In this document: in pieces, positions 47,689 through 52,494 of the stretch
How positions within the stretch are numbered: position 1 is the stretch's first letter
Layout of the letters: every line of letters begins with the position of its first letter
DNA from: Candidatus Uhrbacteria bacterium
GTDB taxonomy: Bacteria; Patescibacteriota; Patescibacteriia; UBA9934; GWF2-40-263
NCBI GenBank assembly: GCA_016206085.1
Contig: JACQSF010000003.1
Location: 1 to 52,494 of the forward strand
Direction: 5' to 3'
Length of the DNA stretch: 52,494 bases
Notes under the pieces: model-generated
Database searches by the model: none
What the model saw: only the letters and a program-made list of their open reading frames with translations
What the model was told of the DNA's origin: nothing
Position numbers and translations under genes: made by a program

Positions 47689-48832
47689 AGACCAACATTA
47701 CTTGCTTGAACACTTCGAGCGTCTCCTTTGCAGTTTTTTCCCACGTAAACTCTTTTGCACGCTGGATTCCTCGGTCGCGAAGTTGTTTGTGAAGACTCGA
47801 TGAACCTATGAGTCCTCGCAGAGCCTCGCTTAGGTCGCGACTGTTGTAGGGGTCGACGTAGATTGCCGCGTCACCTCCAACTTCGGGCAGGGAAGAGGTG
47901 TGTGAAGTGATGACGGGTGTTCCGCTTGCCATGGACTCAAGAATGGGAAGACCAAAACCCTCGTAGATGGATGGGAAAACGGTTGTGACTGCAGAGCGGT
48001 AGATTGCAGGAAGGTCGCGCATCTGGACATATCCAATCTGATGCACCCAGTCGTAGGTATCTCTTTTCCAAAGTCGTCGACGCACAGTGTGTGAGCGCCA
48101 GCCCCAACCACCAACGATCACCAAGTGGAGATCGTCATGTGTTCGATCGCGATAGTCTTTTATGCCTTCGATGAGCGCGAGGAGATTTTTTCGTGGTTCG
48201 ATCGTTCCAACAAAGAGGGCAAAGCGTTTGGGAAGCTTGAGACGCGAGCGAACACCATGATCGGAGGCGAGCATCTTCTCGCTAAAGTGAGGAGCCACAC
48301 CGTGGGGGATGACGTGCGTCTTTGTCTCTGGTGTTGAGTAGAGCCGTTTTAGGTCGTGCTTGGTTGATGAGGAAGGCACGATGATCGACGTACTTTGCGC
48401 GATGAGATCGTGAGGGCGTGTCGCCTTGTGCCAGAGTTGCATCTTATGTGAGTAGAAGTCTGGATACAGATTCCAGGAAAGATCATGCACGGTGAGAACC
48501 GTAGGAATATCCGTCGGCAATGTGGCGATGTTGAGGTTGGGGAGGAACAACAAATCAACCGGTTCGCGCACTCGCCAGTTGAGCGACGGGTGCCGCAGAA
48601 GAAGCGTTCGAAGATTCAGAATTTTGTTGGGGAGCGAGATATGAACATGAGTGATCCCCCCCCTGCCTGAGGGGGGGCTAGGGGGGGTGGGAGCAGCGTA
48701 CCCTGAGGACAGCAACACATATTCATTTTCTTTATCAATTTCAAAAAGGGCGCGCAGAAGAGATGTTGTGTATCCCCCCACGCCCGCCATCTGAGGTGAT
48801 AAAAGATGTCGAATATCAACGAGGATGCGCAT
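47687..48832 (-). CDS. Glycosyltransferase family 4
   Basis: TVHDL, GTIEPRKN, YEGFGLPILE. Confidence 0.93.
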   Translation of the reverse strand: MRILVDIRHLLSPQMAGVGGYTTSLLRALFEIDKENEYVLLSSGYAAPTPPSPPSGRGGITHVHISLPNKILNLRTLLLRHPSLNWRVREPVDLLFLPNLNIATLPTDIPTVLTVHDLSWNLYPDFYSHKMQLWHKATRPHDLIAQSTSIIVPSSSTKHDLKRLYSTPETKTHVIPHGVAPHFSEKMLASDHGVRSRLKLPKRFALFVGTIEPRKNLLALIEGIKDYRDRTHDDLHLVIVGGWGWRSHTVRRRLWKRDTYDWVHQIGYVQMRDLPAIYRSAVTTVFPSIYEGFGLPILESMASGTPVITSHTSSLPEVGGDAAIYVDPYNSRDLSEALRGLIGSSSLHKQLRDRGIQRAKEFTWEKTAKETLEVFKQVMLV

Positions 48833-48859
48833 AAGAACATTCAGGAGCCTAGCAAATCC

Positions 48860-48888
48860 TTGACTTTTTAGCCAAACGCGAGTACTTT
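48860..48888 (+). promoter_or_regulatory. Sigma70-type promoter (duplicated at 51891-51919)
   Basis: TTGACT-17 nt-TACTTT. Confidence 0.65.
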
Positions 48889-49104
48889 CTCAAGTCGTTT
48901 GCATGACCGTCCGCCGTCGCCATCCCAACTACCCCCTTGGGGCTTCGAGGGACAAGAGGCTATGGCGGATCCGGCCTTCAGGCCGGAAAATCCGTCGGTT
49001 TTGCATTCACACCGGCACGGCGGAACCGTGCAGTGTCTGTTTTTGGGAGACCTTTTGGCTGGCCAGTGGCTGTCCTATAAGGCGTACCAAAGATGGAGGA
49101 AGCA

Positions 49105-49818
49105 ATGCCGAAGCTGACAACTGGCCAGATTTGCCAACTCATCGAGATCGATCGAGCCGGTGACGGTATCGGAAATCTCGTTCAGGAGCTCATCATTCGC
49201 CTCACCTCCGGCGGGGTTGCGGGCAAGATGACCGACCCGCGTGGAACCATGGCCAAGCGTCTGTGGGATCGCGGTTTCGGCCGCGACTCGGCGATCAAGG
49301 CCAAGAACTTCAAGGCCTACCTCGCCGCGATTCCCCAGATCCCCGCGAGCCTCATTGCGGAGGATTCCGACCTCTCCCTTCTCTCCCTCGCCGACCCGCG
49401 GCCTGGTCTGCTGCGAGCTTGCCAGCTCCTCGGGATCCAGTACGAGGAGCTGGGCTACGCGGATGGCGACGCCGAGCCCTTCGACGAGCGGTTCATGATC
49501 CCGGCCGCCCCCTTCTGGTTCCGCCACGACGACGGTCGCGCGAACAGCAACCGGCGTCCCGACCACTGCCGTGACGAGCTCGCCACCGGCGACATCCAGG
49601 TCGGCACGGCGACGGAAGGCATCTTCGCCTTCGCCCACCACCCGCAGATCGTGGTGGAGGGAGAACACATCATCGACCTTCCCGGAACGGTGCACCACTC
49701 CAGGCGCGTGCACTGCGCGTACCTCAGGGTGTGGAGCGGTCGGGTGGGGCTCGACCTCAGCGGGGACTCTGGCTTTGCCGACCCGAGCTACGGTGCCCTG
49801 CGCGTTCGCCGGAAGTGA
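49105..49818 (+). CDS. GC-rich hypothetical protein with CLec/DUF5701-like C-terminus, possible DGR target
   Basis: GGAGG SD; TATEGI..HP..DLPG...YG..R terminus. Confidence 0.7.
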   Translation: MPKLTTGQICQLIEIDRAGDGIGNLVQELIIRLTSGGVAGKMTDPRGTMAKRLWDRGFGRDSAIKAKNFKAYLAAIPQIPASLIAEDSDLSLLSLADPRPGLLRACQLLGIQYEELGYADGDAEPFDERFMIPAAPFWFRHDDGRANSNRRPDHCRDELATGDIQVGTATEGIFAFAHHPQIVVEGEHIIDLPGTVHHSRRVHCAYLRVWSGRVGLDLSGDSGFADPSYGALRVRRK

Positions 49819-49930
49819 GGCGCTCGACCCTTGAATCTCTGCACTCCTCGAGTTTCGACCCTCAACTTTTTCTTCCTCAGGACTGGAGAACCTGAGGCTT
49901 TTTCTTTACGATGCTTTTTCAGAGGTCTCT

Positions 49931-51037
49931 CTAACCTATAGGGTCTTGATGACGACGTGACCATTCTTGTGTGACAAAACGGATCAGCTCCTGTTCAAAT
50001 CGCGCACGCGAGAATGTTTCTGCGTGCGCCTTGATGGCCTGTGGGTTCCAGTCTGCTTCGCAAAATCGGATCATAAAGTCGGCAAGCTCTTCCCAACTCT
50101 GCTCATCGAAGAATTGTCCAGAAAGTCCCTCCTTAACCGTCTCGGTGGCACCTCCTTTGCGCCAGGCAATCACCGGACGTCCTGCCGCCATGGACTCCAC
50201 GGGGGTGATTCCAAAGTCCTCTTCTTGCGGATGGATGAACGCACGTGCGCCAGCGTAGAGCCTGGCTTGTTCCTCGTCGCTCACACGACCAAGAAACTCG
50301 ATGTGTGGTTTGGCCATGCGCTTGAGATCTCGTTCCACTGGACCGGAGCCAAAAATTTTGAGCGGGATGCCGGTTCGGTTGGCAGCTTCGATCACAAGGT
50401 CGTAGCGTTTGTACGCGACTAGTCGTCCGCCCGTGAGGAAGTAGGTTTTTGGCTCGTTTGAAATAGAGAAGCGGTGCGTGTCCACCGGTGGATGAATGAC
50501 CGTGGCCTCACGGCCGTAATATTTTTGGATGCGACGTTGGACGGTTTGCGAGTTTGCGATAAACACGTCAACCCGGTCGGCGGCTTGTCGATCCCACATG
50601 CGTAACCGTGACAACAAGGGAGGAAGCATCATCTTCACCAAGCGGGGGACACGGAGTTCCTCAATGTATGAGTGCGTGTCGCTCCAGAGGTAACGTGTGG
50701 GCGTATGGCAGTAGCAAATATGGAGCGTATCCTCACGTGTGAGAACTCCTTTGGCAAAGGCGCTTGTTGAAGAAAGCACGACGTCATAATCGGACAGATC
50801 GTAATGTTCCGTCGCGGTGGGCATGAGCGGGAGGTACCACTGGTACTTACGTCGGCCAAGCGGAAGGCGCGCTAAAAACGATGTACGAATATCCCTTCCC
50901 GCAAACGCAGGAAGGGATGTTGGATCAAACAGGAGCGTGTAGAGCGGTGCGTCGGGCCAAAGACCATGCATGACGTCTACCACCTTTTCCGCCCCACCGT
51001 CTTGGATCAAATAGTCGTGGACGAGGGCCAACTTCAT
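49931..51037 (-). CDS. Glycosyltransferase family 4
   Basis: ALVHDYL..GGAE, YCHTP.RY, EDFGITPVE. Confidence 0.93.
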   Translation of the reverse strand: MKLALVHDYLIQDGGAEKVVDVMHGLWPDAPLYTLLFDPTSLPAFAGRDIRTSFLARLPLGRRKYQWYLPLMPTATEHYDLSDYDVVLSSTSAFAKGVLTREDTLHICYCHTPTRYLWSDTHSYIEELRVPRLVKMMLPPLLSRLRMWDRQAADRVDVFIANSQTVQRRIQKYYGREATVIHPPVDTHRFSISNEPKTYFLTGGRLVAYKRYDLVIEAANRTGIPLKIFGSGPVERDLKRMAKPHIEFLGRVSDEEQARLYAGARAFIHPQEEDFGITPVESMAAGRPVIAWRKGGATETVKEGLSGQFFDEQSWEELADFMIRFCEADWNPQAIKAHAETFSRARFEQELIRFVTQEWSRRHQDPIG

Positions 51038-51687
51038 ATATCCAGGACGTTGGGGAGTAATTGTTTTGCTTGATTCGTAAAGAAGGCATGTAGCTCGGTT
51101 GTCGTCAAAGGCTTGACCATGCGCGGGAGTGCCTCAATGCGCTTCACCTTCGCGAGCTCACCTCCCAAGAAGAGCGAAGAAAGTTTAAGTCCGAATTTTT
51201 GTTCAGTATCTCGTCGCACGTCCTCTAAGGGTGTCTGTTGAAGGATGAAATAGAGATCGACGAAATCTTTTGGGTCGAAACGGTCAATGAGCGCGGCGAG
51301 TTTGTTAGCCGACACGTCACGCAGGCTGTCGACTTGCACCCCACGGACTGTTTCAACTGGATTCAGTTGAGCAAAGGGATACTTCGTGAATTCAAGTTTG
51401 AGTTCCCCGACGTTTGTCTTTAAAAAGAACATCCGTCGATCGTGGAGCTTTTCGAATCGAGTCTCAAGAGCCCCGACGATTTGTGAGATTGTTTTTACCC
51501 CTCCTTCAATGGCTATCGGGTCTGGATCTTCGGTGATAAAAAAATCGAGGTCATCTGAAAAACGGTGATGAAGGTAAAACGCTGCCAGGGCGGTTCCGCC
51601 ACTCAAATAAAAATGATTCAGCTCTGGAGCCTGGTTTACCAGCGCCAAGACCTGCTGTTGCAGGGGCGTTAGAATGGTTTGTTCCAT
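51034..51687 (-). CDS. AbiEii/AbiGii-family nucleotidyltransferase toxin
   Basis: FYLSGGTAL, HRFSDDLDF, NKL.A...KDFVDLY. Confidence 0.9.
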   Translation of the reverse strand: MEQTILTPLQQQVLALVNQAPELNHFYLSGGTALAAFYLHHRFSDDLDFFITEDPDPIAIEGGVKTISQIVGALETRFEKLHDRRMFFLKTNVGELKLEFTKYPFAQLNPVETVRGVQVDSLRDVSANKLAALIDRFDPKDFVDLYFILQQTPLEDVRRDTEQKFGLKLSSLFLGGELAKVKRIEALPRMVKPLTTTELHAFFTNQAKQLLPNVLDI

Positions 51688-51869
51688 AGAAGCAGCTCCA
51701 AGAAGTCTCGACGATTATCCGGAATGTTGAGTTGCGGGAGGTATTTTTCCAGGAGGGCACGGTTGAGTTTCACTTCCTCACCACCATAGTTAATCAAACG
51801 CTCTAGCCCCCACACCGGGTCAGCCTGCGCCTGTTTTTGAAACGCTTCGTTATCGTAGTCCCATGTCAT
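51669..51869 (-). CDS. Small putative antitoxin (66 aa) upstream of the AbiEii toxin
   Basis: MTWDY...LERLINYG; overlaps the toxin start. Confidence 0.7.
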   Translation of the reverse strand: MTWDYDNEAFQKQAQADPVWGLERLINYGGEEVKLNRALLEKYLPQLNIPDNRRDFLELLLWNKPF

Positions 51870-51890
51870 ATAGGCAGATACTACCAATTC

Positions 51891-51919
51891 TTGACTTTTC
51901 CGCCAAACAGGAGTACTTT
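51891..51919 (+). promoter_or_regulatory. Sigma70-type promoter (duplicate of 48860-48888)
   Basis: TTGACT-17 nt-TACTTT. Confidence 0.65.
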
Positions 51920-52058
51920 CTCCAGTCGTTTGCACAGCCGTAATCCTTCGGTTTTGCACTCGCGCCGTACACGGCGGAACCGTGTAACACACTGTTTGTC
52001 GGCGTGACCTTGCGTAGGGCTGAGGCTCTTGTGAGGATACCGGCTTACGGAGGTTCAA

Positions 52059-52494
52059 ATGAGTCTGTTCGATCTGGCCCACGTGGCCAAACTTTACGAG
52101 ATCCAGAGGGCGCGTCTGAGCGCCGGCCAGGAGGGCATCGGGGATGAAGTCTCCAAGCTGATCCGTCGCCTCGAGATGGGTGGCGTGAACCAGTGGAGGA
52201 TCCAGGCCAAGCGCCTGTGGGACCGTGGCTTAGGCCGCGACTCGGCGGTCAAGGCCAAGAACTTCAAGGCCTACCTCGCGGGCATCCCGCAGATCCCCGC
52301 GAACCTCCTCGCGGAGGATCCAGACTTCCACCTCCTCTCCCTGTGCGACCCGCGGCCGGGACTGCTCCAGAGCTGCAAGCTCCTGGGGATCAAGTACGAG
52401 GAGCTGGGCTACACGGACGAAGACGCTGTCCCTTTCGACGACCGGTTCGTCACGCCCACCACCCCGTTCTGGTTCCGGCACGACGACGGAAGAA
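52059..52494 (+). CDS. Paralog of 49105-49818, truncated by the window end
   Basis: Manual translation MSLFDLAHV...AKRLWDRGLGRDSAVKAKNFKAYLAGIPQIP...FWFRHDDGR; GGAGG SD; missed by the ORF track because there is no stop. Confidence 0.85.
   Translation, partial: MSLFDLAHVAKLYEIQRARLSAGQEGIGDEVSKLIRRLEMGGVNQWRIQAKRLWDRGLGRDSAVKAKNFKAYLAGIPQIPANLLAEDPDFHLLSLCDPRPGLLQSCKLLGIKYEELGYTDEDAVPFDDRFVTPTTPFWFRHDDGR

Noticed and set aside
1-52494. CRISPR array, integrase, reverse transcriptase or DGR template repeat
   Set aside because: No regularly spaced repeats, recombinase or RT motifs, or AAC-rich copy of 49690-49818 found by eye.
1-52494. Alternative genetic code (TGA read as Gly)
   Set aside because: Conserved genes are full length under code 11 and some end in TGA.

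Overview
Bacterial chromosomal window, by inference from a Patescibacteria/CPR genome (DUF4012, DUF11-like and DUF4349 surface proteins, split transketolase, few Shine-Dalgarno sites on core genes, many small palindromic elements). It holds the 3' end of an rRNA operon (23S end, 5S), tRNA-Ala(TGC), tRNA-Arg(CCG), sugar and pentose-phosphate genes (two PfkB kinases, fba, transketolase N/C, rpe, rpiB), ileS, udk, ruvA, a FemAB-type gene and a GT4 glycosyltransferase cluster, interleaved with toxin-antitoxin pairs (Phd-MazF-MazG, HicBA, AbiEii-type). The best candidate for an undescribed system is a pair of unlinked NYN (LabA/DUF88) ribonuclease genes. Each has a convergent, self-promoted, self-terminated ~56-nt RNA at its 3' end, and the two RNAs differ only by structure-preserving changes. 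Also notable: a direct-repeat-flanked island after ileS (Cys-motif peptide, radical SAM, MTAP, ABC-F), two paralogous DGR-target-like genes with a shared leader, a ~285-nt multi-hairpin ncRNA candidate, a disrupted second 5S copy and widespread near-leaderless gene starts. All calls come from motif reading by eye; no searches were run.
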